Shown: positions 31,995-40,951 of the stretch, piece after piece | How positions within the stretch are numbered: the first letter of the stretch is position 1 | Layout of the letters: every line of letters starts with the position of its first letter | The notes under the pieces: model-generated | Told to the model about the DNA's origin: nothing | Database searches by the model: none | The model's input: only the letters and a program-made list of their open reading frames with translations | Origin: Trichomonas gallinae | Lineage: Eukaryota | Direction of reading: 5' to 3' | Length of the DNA: 64,000 bases | NCBI GenBank assembly: GCA_008369845.1 | Contig: MRSU01005687.1 | Span: forward strand, 1 to 64,000 | Made by a program: the position numbers and the translations under genes

Positions 31995-32200
31995 AATATC
32001 CCCTAATCTAAAAAAACAGCCCCTTACTATAAATATCCCCATTTTTCCCCAACCAACCCCTTTTTATAAGTCTTTATAGAACATCCCTTAATTAAATTAT
32101 CAGCCCCTTAATATCAAATTTATTACCCCATATTTTATTCAGGCAGCCCCTTAATATTAAGCAAAAATAACCCCTAATATAAATAATCAGCCCCTTTATA
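31995..32200. promoter_or_regulatory. Bidirectional promoter region with an array of CCCC(T)/CAGCCCCTT motifs
   Basis: C-runs start at 32000, 32020, 32037, 32047, 32057, 32085, 32104, 32126, 32147, 32171 and 32191, between divergent ATGs at 31987 and 32220. CAGCCCCTT occurs four times. Confidence 0.6.
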
Positions 32201-32219
32201 ATAGGACGATAAAGATAAA

Positions 32220-32537
32220 ATGGAAGGTGTGAGTGAAGCACTTGTTGATGTAACTCATGGACCTTTGGATCCCCTTGAGCAGAAAATGGATAAGGTAATG
32301 TATGTTTTATTTCTAACAAATCAGAGAATTACAAAAAGAGTGCCTTGAATCTGTCAATAAAATTGAACCTCAAGGTTTGGATGAATTGAAGAGGGTAGTA
32401 TGTTTTAATTCTAACATCAGATGGCACAAGTGCCCGCATATATTGCTAAAATCAAAAAGATTCGCGCTGAAATGCAAGCATGTGATGAACTCGCCACTAA
32501 AATATCAAAAGGCATTGATAAGTTGGCAAAAGCATAA
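32220..32537 (+). CDS. Small coiled-coil protein resembling BLOC-1 pallidin/snapin; two short spliceosomal introns; join(32220-32299, 32325-32394 or -32397, 32421-32537)
   Basis: Spliced product is MEGVSEALVDVTHGPLDPLEQKMDKVIELQKECLESVNKIEPQGLDELKR(V)MAQVPAYIAKIKKIRAEMQACDELATKISKGIDKLAKA. The YIAKIKKIRAEM..TKISK..KL segment resembles pallidin YHAKLVNIRKEM..SKLKK..KL. Gene structure is well supported; the family call is moderate. Confidence 0.75.
32300..32324 (+). other. 25-nt spliceosomal intron GTATGTTTTATTTCTAACAAATCAG
   Basis: GT donor, TCTAAC branch point fused to a CAG acceptor; removal restores the reading frame. Confidence 0.9.
32395..32420 (+). other. 26-nt (or 23-nt from 32398) spliceosomal intron GTAGTATGTTTTAATTCTAACATCAG
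   Basis: GT donor(s), TCTAAC branch point, CAG acceptor; both donors keep the frame. Confidence 0.88.
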
Positions 32538-33015
32538 GATGCTAGCTATATCAATAGATATCACTTTGTTTCTTTTCAATTTAATATTTCGATTAAAAAA
32601 CAGAATCTTTATTGTTCAATAGCTTATTATCTGATCGGTTTAGTCTTACAATTCGCTTCGTTTTAGCTTTTTTTTTGTGAATCCTTTAATTTTTTAATAT
32701 TTTGGTTAATCAAACTATATAATTCATGACATATCTTAATGGCAATGCACATAATGATGTGTTAAAAGTCATTAATTTATAATGAAAAAGTATGTTTTAT
32801 TTCTTTGAGAAATTGGTGTCTTTTTAGATAATGAAACGCTTTTTGAATAATTTTGTTTGCGAAATAAAACAAACATATGTGGCAATCGCGCTGTTTCGTA
32901 GATTTATTATTTGAGAATTAAAGGACGACTTAAATTTGAAAATTATTTAGGGAACCTGCTTGGTAAAAATGAGAACTACCTAATAAATAACATGATAATT
33001 GAAACCAGACGCGAT

Positions 33016-33267
33016 TTATAATATCGAATCTTTTTCTATTTCCAAATACTCTTCTAAAGTATAGGATTCCAGTAATTGCAAGTCATGTATTTGTTTGTCC
33101 AATTCTTCTAATTTTGAAATGATTTTCTCAGCAAATTCTCCTTCAGTATTGTAGTTTTTCATTACCGACAACTGTTTACTATTCATTGGCGTGAAATTAT
33201 CCAATTCTTTCTCTAATTTGTCGAATACATCATTAATTGTTTTCTCGGTAAGTTTTTTGTTAGACAT
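33016..33267 (-). CDS. Small helical/coiled-coil protein (83 aa), weakly reminiscent of BLOC1S2
   Basis: ATG ORF with coding-like composition and heptads (IISKLEELDKQIHDLQLLESYTLEEY); paired GGG(G) motifs upstream at 33302 and 33322. Confidence 0.55.
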   Translation of the reverse strand: MSNKKLTEKTINDVFDKLEKELDNFTPMNSKQLSVMKNYNTEGEFAEKIISKLEELDKQIHDLQLLESYTLEEYLEIEKDSIL

Positions 33268-33949
33268 TAATATAAATTGTTGTTGGAAATTTTAAATTAT
33301 AGGGGCTATCTCGAAAAAACAGGGTCTAAAATGATATTAACTATTTTGTGTAACCCACTTTTTAAGAAATTCTGACATGTAAAAAGTCAAAAATGATGGA
33401 TTTGTCGCGTAAAAACGAAATTTTTCATATGTAATGTTACAATCGTGAAAACACGTCTGACATCTGACACACGACACTTTACAATGACAGATTTTCTAAA
33501 AAAGTGGGCAATTTTGGTTAATACGAAATGTTTCTATAATAGAAATCGTGTGTATATTTCAAATCATAGATCAAAAAGTATTATTAATGAATTTTCCCAA
33601 ATTCAGGAATTTTATTTGGATTCAATTGTCGTATAATTTATAAATATGCATCAATAATTGATAGTAATATAAAATATGAAAGAAAATATATATGTTATCT
33701 CTTACGTTTTTTCTTCGGGAATCGAAATATACGTGAACAAGTCTTCATTTTTCATTTCCAAATAGCATTATAAGCATATTATCATAATCCACTGTTCGAA
33801 GTAGATACAACACAAAAACAGATCTGTCAGATATATTGCCAACAGACAACCCCGTCTTTTTTTGAGCTCTACACATTGAACTATATTATCTCATGCTATT
33901 TATAACATTTTTAAATATTTTTAAAAATTCGGATTTCACTTCACATCTA

Positions 33950-36900
33950 ATGAGAACCTCCAATATAGGACTTATTGTAGATTCGTGGTTGAATATCCAC
34001 CAAATTATAGAGAAGTTAACAAACAATTCGACCAACAGAGTGATTTATGACTCGATTTCAGGTCCAATACAATTCACTTTTGTCGATTTCAACGCAAATC
34101 CAAACGCTAACTACAACTACATCCTTGTTGCGGTTGATCCCACAAAGCCACTTACCAAACAAGAGCAAACAAACTTAGCGAACAAGATCCCAAGAAGAAC
34201 TCCAGTTGGTGTTGTTGCTATCGCCAGGAAATCATGCGAGATTAAGCTCGCCGAGGAGATCAATGCCGATTTCAGTTCACACATTGACCTGACATCTGGC
34301 GAAGGCGCTGAAGGCGTTAGATACCTTCTCTCCCAGTTCGCTGCTGGCACACCAAACATCATCTATGACCCACCACACATATTAGACAAGTTCCAGAAGA
34401 TCTGCGGAATGGTTAATGATAGACGTGTTTTATCGTTCAAGGCAGCAACAAATACACAAGTTTGCACGAAAGCAGATGGAAGCTTCAAGAAACCAACAGA
34501 CTGCGGGTACACGTGGACAGATTTCGATAATACGAAACCATACTCTTGGGGCGAAACGCTGTACGATTGGTACGCATTCAAGGGCGAGTGCCAACTTCCA
34601 GATGGTTATGATGCCACAAAGCACACAATCCGCGTTAAATTCAATGTTGAGAGGAACTATCTCGTAAACAGATACAACGATAACACACCATGCGGCCCAG
34701 AAGGCAGATTCTGGTACAACGGCAAAACAATCGGCGCCATCGATGAATTTCATGACTCCCATATCGTCACTGAAGCCGGACCATGCGAACTCAGAGTTTT
34801 CACTGGCCGTTGCTTGAGCGGACACAGAACACTCAGCTTTGGTATCGAACTCACAGACAAGGCAACTGAAGCTTTGTACTACAGATTGTATTTCATGTAC
34901 CATTTGATCGACTTGCTCGAGGACACAAACCCAGACAAGTCCCGCCTCATCGCCATCGTCGATGCCGCTGTTCGCAAACTCGATATCAGAAACTTATCCG
35001 ATACAGTCTACTTGAAGCCAAACAGAGATCACGATCCACAGAACACAGCATTCTACGCATCAGTCCCAGCCGCTCTTGAAATCCTCAGAACAATCAAGGA
35101 TATCCGCGGTAAGCCAAGTGCTGATGATCCTTGCACATCAATCATGGGCTACTCGCACCTCGATACATGCTGGTTGTGGCCATACAACATCTCCAAGTAC
35201 AAGAGCGCCAACACAATCGCATCAATGCTCCACCTCATGGAGAACCCACCAGACGAGTTCGACAACCCAGTCCAGTGGCGCTACCTCGCTACAGCCGCCC
35301 AGCACTACAAGTGGCTCCAGGAGTGCGACAAGGATCTCCTCGACAGAGTCCTCCAGGCAGCCAAGAACGGCCGCTGGATCGTCGATGGCCTCTCATGGCT
35401 CGAGCACGAGTGCGTCCTCTTGAACGGCGAATCCATGATCAGGCAGATGCTCTACGGTAAGCGCGTCTTCGAAGGCGAGTTCGGACACAAGCAGAACTGC
35501 CTCTTCCTTCCAGACTGCTTCGGCTTCTCCGCTGCTTTACCACAGGTTTTGCAGGGCTTCGGAATCAACGAGTTCGTCACATCCAAGATTTCATGGAACG
35601 AATACAACGAATTCCCATACGACACATTCACATGGCGCGGCAACGATGGCAGCGAAGTCATGGCGCACTTCATCACAACAAACACATCCAAGACATCATG
35701 GAACACAACATACACAGGCGTCGCATCTGTCGCACAGCTTTTAGGCTGCTACGACCACTACAAGCAGAAGGATGTCTGCAGGCACGCCGCCTTGAACACA
35801 ATCGGCAACGGTGATGGTGGTGGCGGTATCACAGAGGACATGATCTGGAACATCAACCTCATGAACGAACTCCCAAGAATCCAAGGCGTTCCAGCTGTCA
35901 AATTCCCAACATTCCCAGAGTTATTCGAGGAAATCGAGCAGAACAAACCACTCCTTCCAGTTTGGGACGGCGAGCTCTACCTCGAGTACCACCGCGGCAC
36001 ATTCACATCCCAGGAAGAGACAAAGAGACTCAACAGGAAACTCGAGTACCACCTCAGGAACTGCGAGTTTTTGATGGTTGTCCTCGCTGCCAGATATGGA
36101 TACGACGCCAGCCAGCACATGGACACTATCAGAGACATCTGGGAGCAGACATGCCTCTTCGAGTTCCACGATGCTCTTCCAGGCACAACAATCAACGAAG
36201 CCACAATCGATATCAGAAGGCGCGGACAGACATGCCTCGACACACTCGTCGCTCTTGAGAGCAACCTCGCTTCTATTCTTGCTGACCACCTCAACTCCAA
36301 TATTGCTGTCTCCACAAAGGCACCATTCTATGGCTGGCAGACACAAGCAGCTGCTAACCCAGATAAATACACTACAACAATCACAGAGAGAATCAACACA
36401 AAGGAGCAGCAGGACATGTGGCAGGAGCTCAAAATCCAATGGAACGACGAAAACCCAAGAGTCTGCGACGACATTGAATTCGATGAAGCAACAAAGACAG
36501 TTAAGACTAAGCAGATGACAATCGTCATCAACGAGCATGGTGGCATCAAGTCAGCAGTTGTTGGCGACAGAGAGTTCATCGCTGAGAGCGCTTCTCCATT
36601 CAACCTCTACGAAGACAGACCACTCAACTGGCCAGCATGGGATATCCAGAGGTACCACAAGGAGATGCAGATCGATCCACCAGTCTTCGACAAACTCGAG
36701 AAGATCGACAACAAACACTTGAAGCTCACATGGCACATTAAGAAGGCCGGCGACGGACAAGCTGAGCTCACAACAATCGAGCAGGTCTGGACATTCTCCG
36801 GAACAACAATCGATATGGCAACATTCGTCCACTGGACACAGCACGACAAGCTTCTCAAGTATGTCATCCCAACAACAATCAGAGCCCGCAAGGCCAAGTT

Positions 36901-37603
36901 CGGTCTCCAGTTCGGCTACATCGAACGCGAGACGCACTACAACACACACCGCGACTTCGCTGTCTTCGAAGAGTCCGGCAGATGGGCTGATTTGTCCGAC
37001 GGCACAGGCGGTGTCACGCTCTGCTCTGATATCAAGGCAGGCTTCGACGTCCACGGCAACACAATGATGATGTCACTCCTCAAGGCTCCACAGGCTGTCG
37101 ACAAGTGGGCTGACTTCGGTGACAGAAGATTCATCGTCAGAATCGACTTCCATAACGAGCCATTCTCAGCACGCTCACAGATCCTCCACGATCAGATCAC
37201 AACACCAAACGCATTTGGAAAGGCAACAACATCCACAAAGAATGTCGCCGAGGAGTTCATAAGGATCCCAGACAACAAACTTCTTCTCACAGCTCTCAAG
37301 CTTGCTGAGGCTGGCGACGGCTTCATTGCTCGCTTCGTTGAGCCACTCGGCGGATGGACAAAGACAGACGTCGAGTTCCCACTCCTTGAAGGTGACTGGA
37401 CATTCAACTTAGTCACAATGGAGGAGCTCAACCCACAGCCAATCCAGTTCAAGGACAAGAAGATCACACTTGAAGCTAAACCATTCCAAGTCTTATCCGT
37501 CCACTTTAAGAAGAGCGGAAACATGATGAGCCCATCCAAGTTCTCAGGCAATTTCTACAGAACATCATTATCGATCGATATGTGCGGCGATGCTAGGTTT
37601 TAA
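33950..37603 (+). CDS. GH38 (class II, MAN2C1/Ams1-type) alpha-mannosidase with N-terminal extension
   Basis: ATG at 33950 follows the Inr TCACT-TCACA (33936-45). Motifs GYSHLDTCWLW (Zn-binding HxD), FLPDCFGFSAALPQ (nucleophile), GNGDGGGG, ELYLEYHRGTFTS and FHDALPGT. No signal peptide. Confidence 0.95.
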   Translation: MRTSNIGLIVDSWLNIHQIIEKLTNNSTNRVIYDSISGPIQFTFVDFNANPNANYNYILVAVDPTKPLTKQEQTNLANKIPRRTPVGVVAIARKSCEIKLAEEINADFSSHIDLTSGEGAEGVRYLLSQFAAGTPNIIYDPPHILDKFQKICGMVNDRRVLSFKAATNTQVCTKADGSFKKPTDCGYTWTDFDNTKPYSWGETLYDWYAFKGECQLPDGYDATKHTIRVKFNVERNYLVNRYNDNTPCGPEGRFWYNGKTIGAIDEFHDSHIVTEAGPCELRVFTGRCLSGHRTLSFGIELTDKATEALYYRLYFMYHLIDLLEDTNPDKSRLIAIVDAAVRKLDIRNLSDTVYLKPNRDHDPQNTAFYASVPAALEILRTIKDIRGKPSADDPCTSIMGYSHLDTCWLWPYNISKYKSANTIASMLHLMENPPDEFDNPVQWRYLATAAQHYKWLQECDKDLLDRVLQAAKNGRWIVDGLSWLEHECVLLNGESMIRQMLYGKRVFEGEFGHKQNCLFLPDCFGFSAALPQVLQGFGINEFVTSKISWNEYNEFPYDTFTWRGNDGSEVMAHFITTNTSKTSWNTTYTGVASVAQLLGCYDHYKQKDVCRHAALNTIGNGDGGGGITEDMIWNINLMNELPRIQGVPAVKFPTFPELFEEIEQNKPLLPVWDGELYLEYHRGTFTSQEETKRLNRKLEYHLRNCEFLMVVLAARYGYDASQHMDTIRDIWEQTCLFEFHDALPGTTINEATIDIRRRGQTCLDTLVALESNLASILADHLNSNIAVSTKAPFYGWQTQAAANPDKYTTTITERINTKEQQDMWQELKIQWNDENPRVCDDIEFDEATKTVKTKQMTIVINEHGGIKSAVVGDREFIAESASPFNLYEDRPLNWPAWDIQRYHKEMQIDPPVFDKLEKIDNKHLKLTWHIKKAGDGQAELTTIEQVWTFSGTTIDMATFVHWTQHDKLLKYVIPTTIRARKAKFGLQFGYIERETHYNTHRDFAVFEESGRWADLSDGTGGVTLCSDIKAGFDVHGNTMMMSLLKAPQAVDKWADFGDRRFIVRIDFHNEPFSARSQILHDQITTPNAFGKATTSTKNVAEEFIRIPDNKLLLTALKLAEAGDGFIARFVEPLGGWTKTDVEFPLLEGDWTFNLVTMEELNPQPIQFKDKKITLEAKPFQVLSVHFKKSGNMMSPSKFSGNFYRTSLSIDMCGDARF

Positions 37604-38087
37604 ACTAAGCGTAGCTTTTTCTTTTAAAAAACTTTAACTTTATATATTGAATTCCATCCAATCTTTACAATACACTATAGACCTTTAGTTTGCTTCTATC
37701 CAGGAATTAATTATAAATTATTTCAGATTCTTATAATATAAATATATGTATTCCAGAATCATACCACTCTGATAATTAATATTTTCAAATGAATGTCAAT
37801 GATTTTGTTTGAGAAATAGCAGCTAAGATACCATTTATCATCCTATAGATACCATTTTCCTTATTACAAGATAAATTCTCCATTAAAGTTTGTGAGTAAT
37901 GCAATTTGCGATGCAGATAATGACAGCCTTTTTAATGATTTGTTTTAGTGGTGATTTAAACTATTTCGATATAAAAGAATCATCATATATATACATGAGA
38001 AATGGTTATTAAACTATTATTTTTACAGCAATATTAATATATATAAATAAATCCGAATAAATTTGTTGTTTTTGTTCTTGTCTTATT

Positions 38088-40409
38088 TTAACAAGTTAGT
38101 ATTGCTTTAAGTTCGTTCTCGAAAGACTTCGCAATAAGTATATTGGTCCAATTCTTCCACATTTGAACCATTTCGCCTACAAATTTCTGCTTGTGATGCT
38201 TGAAACTTGTCTTGTATCCTTTCATAAGTTTCGCGGCATCGATTTCGCTGAACTTTTCTTCGACTGCTTTGCCTTTCAGTGTCTTCAAGCCGGCCTTAAC
38301 CAGAGCCTTCTTCGCTCCTTCGTTGAACGCATTGATAGCGCTCAGGCTTCTGCAGAACTTAACTCTGAGCGATGCAAGTTTCTGGAAGAAATCAGACTTA
38401 GCGAAAACGTGTGCTTTCATTGATGTGCTAATTGTTAAGTTGGAAACGATGCCTTCGAATAAAATATTGATTGTGTTCTTGTTCTCTTCCGCTGTTTTCT
38501 GTTTGGCAGCAAGCTTTTCGATCAAATTGAAGATCTCGCCAATAACATATCCACCGAAATCTGGGTAAATCTGAGCCATTGCCTGGAAAACGCATGCAAC
38601 ACTGGGCATCAACGCGTCATTTGTTGTTAAATTCAAGCAATATTCCATAATTAATTGGCCGTATTGTTTAGATTTCGGCTGATACTTGACTTCCGGGAAA
38701 TTTGTTATTGTTTTTGAAAGCTTCTTGAAGACTCCTTGATCTGGGAGCAAGTAAATGATTGTGTCTAAAATTATTGAATGAATAAAATTAAAACCAGTTT
38801 TTTCGAGCGTGGACTGCGAAATTACGACAAGATCGAAGATAAACTTAGAATAGTGCACGCTTTTTATGAGTTCTTGGGTAATATTGGGATTATGCAAAAC
38901 AATGTAAATAAAAGACAAAGCTGGCGTTGAAAATGCAACTGTTGGCTGAACAAGGAACTGTTTTTGAACTGGCTTGCCGAAAAATGCATCCATAACTTCT
39001 TTTGGATCTAAATCTCTAAATGCTATAACGAAAGACCTGTTTTTTAATGTTAAATGCGATATAATGGCTAATAATGTCTTCATCATTTCAGCGGAATAAA
39101 TGGTTATTGATCCTGTATTCATTTCAACAACAAAATCTCTGCAAATTCTCAGGAAAGACTTAAGCAACAAGCGATATGCAATGTTCATCGTTGCGAGATT
39201 GTATGTCGTCTTATATGAAACTGGTTTTGAAATTAATTTCAGATTCATTATAGCAAGGACTGTTCTTAATAAATCGTATCTTGTGAGGGCCTCACTCTGA
39301 TCTTCTGGGCCAATTGACATCCAAATATTATCACTGTCTGTTTTTGTAAATCTATTTCTGAAAAGCAAACGTATTGCGGTGCCACAAAAGCGAGATATTA
39401 GCGAAATTTCAGTTCTCATGATAGTCCAATGGTCTCCTTTAACTTCTGGTTCTTCTTCTGATTCATTTTTTAAATCTTTCGATTCTTTCACATTTCTCTT
39501 TGGCTCCTGTTTAGTATTCTGCTTAGTGGCTTGCTTTTTGGTTTGTTTGACGTTTTTTTGTTGAGATTTTTTTTGTTGAGTTTTTTTCACTGTTTTTTGT
39601 TCTTTTTTCTGTGGCTTAGCGTTAGATTTTCCTTTTGCCTTCGGCTTTTCATCATCTTCTTCCTCTTCTTCCTCGTCTTCATCTTCATCAGAATCTTCTT
39701 CCTCTTCTTCTTCTTCATCCGAGTCTTCTTCTTCCTCCTCTTCCTCCTCCTCTTCTTCTTCATCTTCTTCCTCATCCTCATCCTCTTCTTCTTCTTCATC
39801 ATCATTTGATTCTTCTTCTTCCTCTTCTTCTTCATTTGAATCTTCTTCCTCCTCTTCCTCCTCCTCTTCTTCTTCATCATCTTGTGGTTTCTTCTTCTTT
39901 GCAGCTTGTTTTGGTGTTGATTTTGAATTTTGTTTCTTCTGATCTGATTCTTTTTCTGTTTCTGATTTAAATTCATTACTTCTTATTTGTAATGGACCGA
40001 AAATCTTTTCAGCTCGTTGCTTTGCTGCTTCAAAATTTCCGTGGGCAGCAATTTCTTTGAATATTGGATGAAATTCGCGAAAACTGAGAAGAGTAGTAAG
40101 TATTAATACAAAAGATTGACAAACAAACGAAATTTCATTATGTTGCTGTTCAGATAATTTTGATGTTGATTGATCATCGTCGTATTTCTCAATAAATTGG
40201 ACAGATTTATTACATATAGCGACAAGGTTCTTTGGCTGGTTGGTTGCAATAGGAATTATCTTCGCTGGATCGTAATATCCGATTTCACTTCTTTTAGGAG
40301 CAACAGCGAGCAAAGCTTGAAGGATCTGTGGGTCCTTGGAGTGGTCCTCCTTTGCGTATTTGTCGAGAATGGCGTAAACAGGTGCAGAAATGCTCGTTGC
40401 ACCTCCCAT
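38088..40409 (-). CDS. HID1: HID1/dymeclin-family protein with long acidic insertion
   Basis: ATG at 40409 gives MGGATS (myristoylation pattern MGxxxS). QPKNLVAICNKSVQFI and NIWMSIG...TRYDLLRTVLAIM resemble recalled HID-1 motifs. Confidence 0.6.
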   Translation of the reverse strand: MGGATSISAPVYAILDKYAKEDHSKDPQILQALLAVAPKRSEIGYYDPAKIIPIATNQPKNLVAICNKSVQFIEKYDDDQSTSKLSEQQHNEISFVCQSFVLILTTLLSFREFHPIFKEIAAHGNFEAAKQRAEKIFGPLQIRSNEFKSETEKESDQKKQNSKSTPKQAAKKKKPQDDEEEEEEEEEEEDSNEEEEEEEESNDDEEEEEDEDEEEDEEEEEEEEEEEEDSDEEEEEEEDSDEDEDEEEEEEDDEKPKAKGKSNAKPQKKEQKTVKKTQQKKSQQKNVKQTKKQATKQNTKQEPKRNVKESKDLKNESEEEPEVKGDHWTIMRTEISLISRFCGTAIRLLFRNRFTKTDSDNIWMSIGPEDQSEALTRYDLLRTVLAIMNLKLISKPVSYKTTYNLATMNIAYRLLLKSFLRICRDFVVEMNTGSITIYSAEMMKTLLAIISHLTLKNRSFVIAFRDLDPKEVMDAFFGKPVQKQFLVQPTVAFSTPALSFIYIVLHNPNITQELIKSVHYSKFIFDLVVISQSTLEKTGFNFIHSIILDTIIYLLPDQGVFKKLSKTITNFPEVKYQPKSKQYGQLIMEYCLNLTTNDALMPSVACVFQAMAQIYPDFGGYVIGEIFNLIEKLAAKQKTAEENKNTINILFEGIVSNLTISTSMKAHVFAKSDFFQKLASLRVKFCRSLSAINAFNEGAKKALVKAGLKTLKGKAVEEKFSEIDAAKLMKGYKTSFKHHKQKFVGEMVQMWKNWTNILIAKSFENELKAILTC
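39648..39882 (-). repeat. GAA/GAG/GAT trinucleotide-rich tract encoding ~75 Glu/Asp residues
   Basis: (tct/tcc/tca)n runs on the plus strand, inside the HID1-like ORF. Confidence 0.9.
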
Positions 40410-40951
40410 TTGCGAAAATAATAAAAAATGAAGTTTTCCATGAATAATAAGCTTTGCATTGTCGTACAATTAAAACAAACCAAATTTTGAGCGGTTTTGT
40501 TTTATTTTTGATTAAAACTTAATTATTTTGATCGACAATATATGTTATTATTATTAAAAATATATAGTTAAGAATTCATATTATTGATTTAGATAGCTAA
40601 AATAGTTCAATAATGAATAATAACTAACTTTGAAATTTATTTTATCAATAAAGCTTCACCTTCAAATATATTGTTTTCTATGATACATAAAAGTAAAATT
40701 CAAAATCAAACATCGTTTTGATACTAAATGAAAATATGATGTTAAAATTAATTGACAATCTCTAGAGTGAAAGCATCAAAATGAATTTTTATGCCTAAAA
40801 ATAAAATTACATTGTGATCATTATAAAATAAGTTATATTTCTAAATATCATCTGATATACATTAGTATATCTCATAAATAATAAATCATAACGCATCATA
40901 TTAATATTTCTATAACATAACTTTTATTAAAAATAAATAATAACATGGAGA

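Noticed and set aside
32377..32622. 81-aa plus-strand ORF, and the 75-aa minus-strand ORF at 32092-32319
   Set aside because: Artefacts of the unspliced pallidin/snapin-like gene and its promoter.
39531..39976. Poly-Lys/Arg, poly-Phe/Leu and Leu/His/Pro ORFs
   Set aside because: Alternative frames of the GAA-rich poly-Glu tract.
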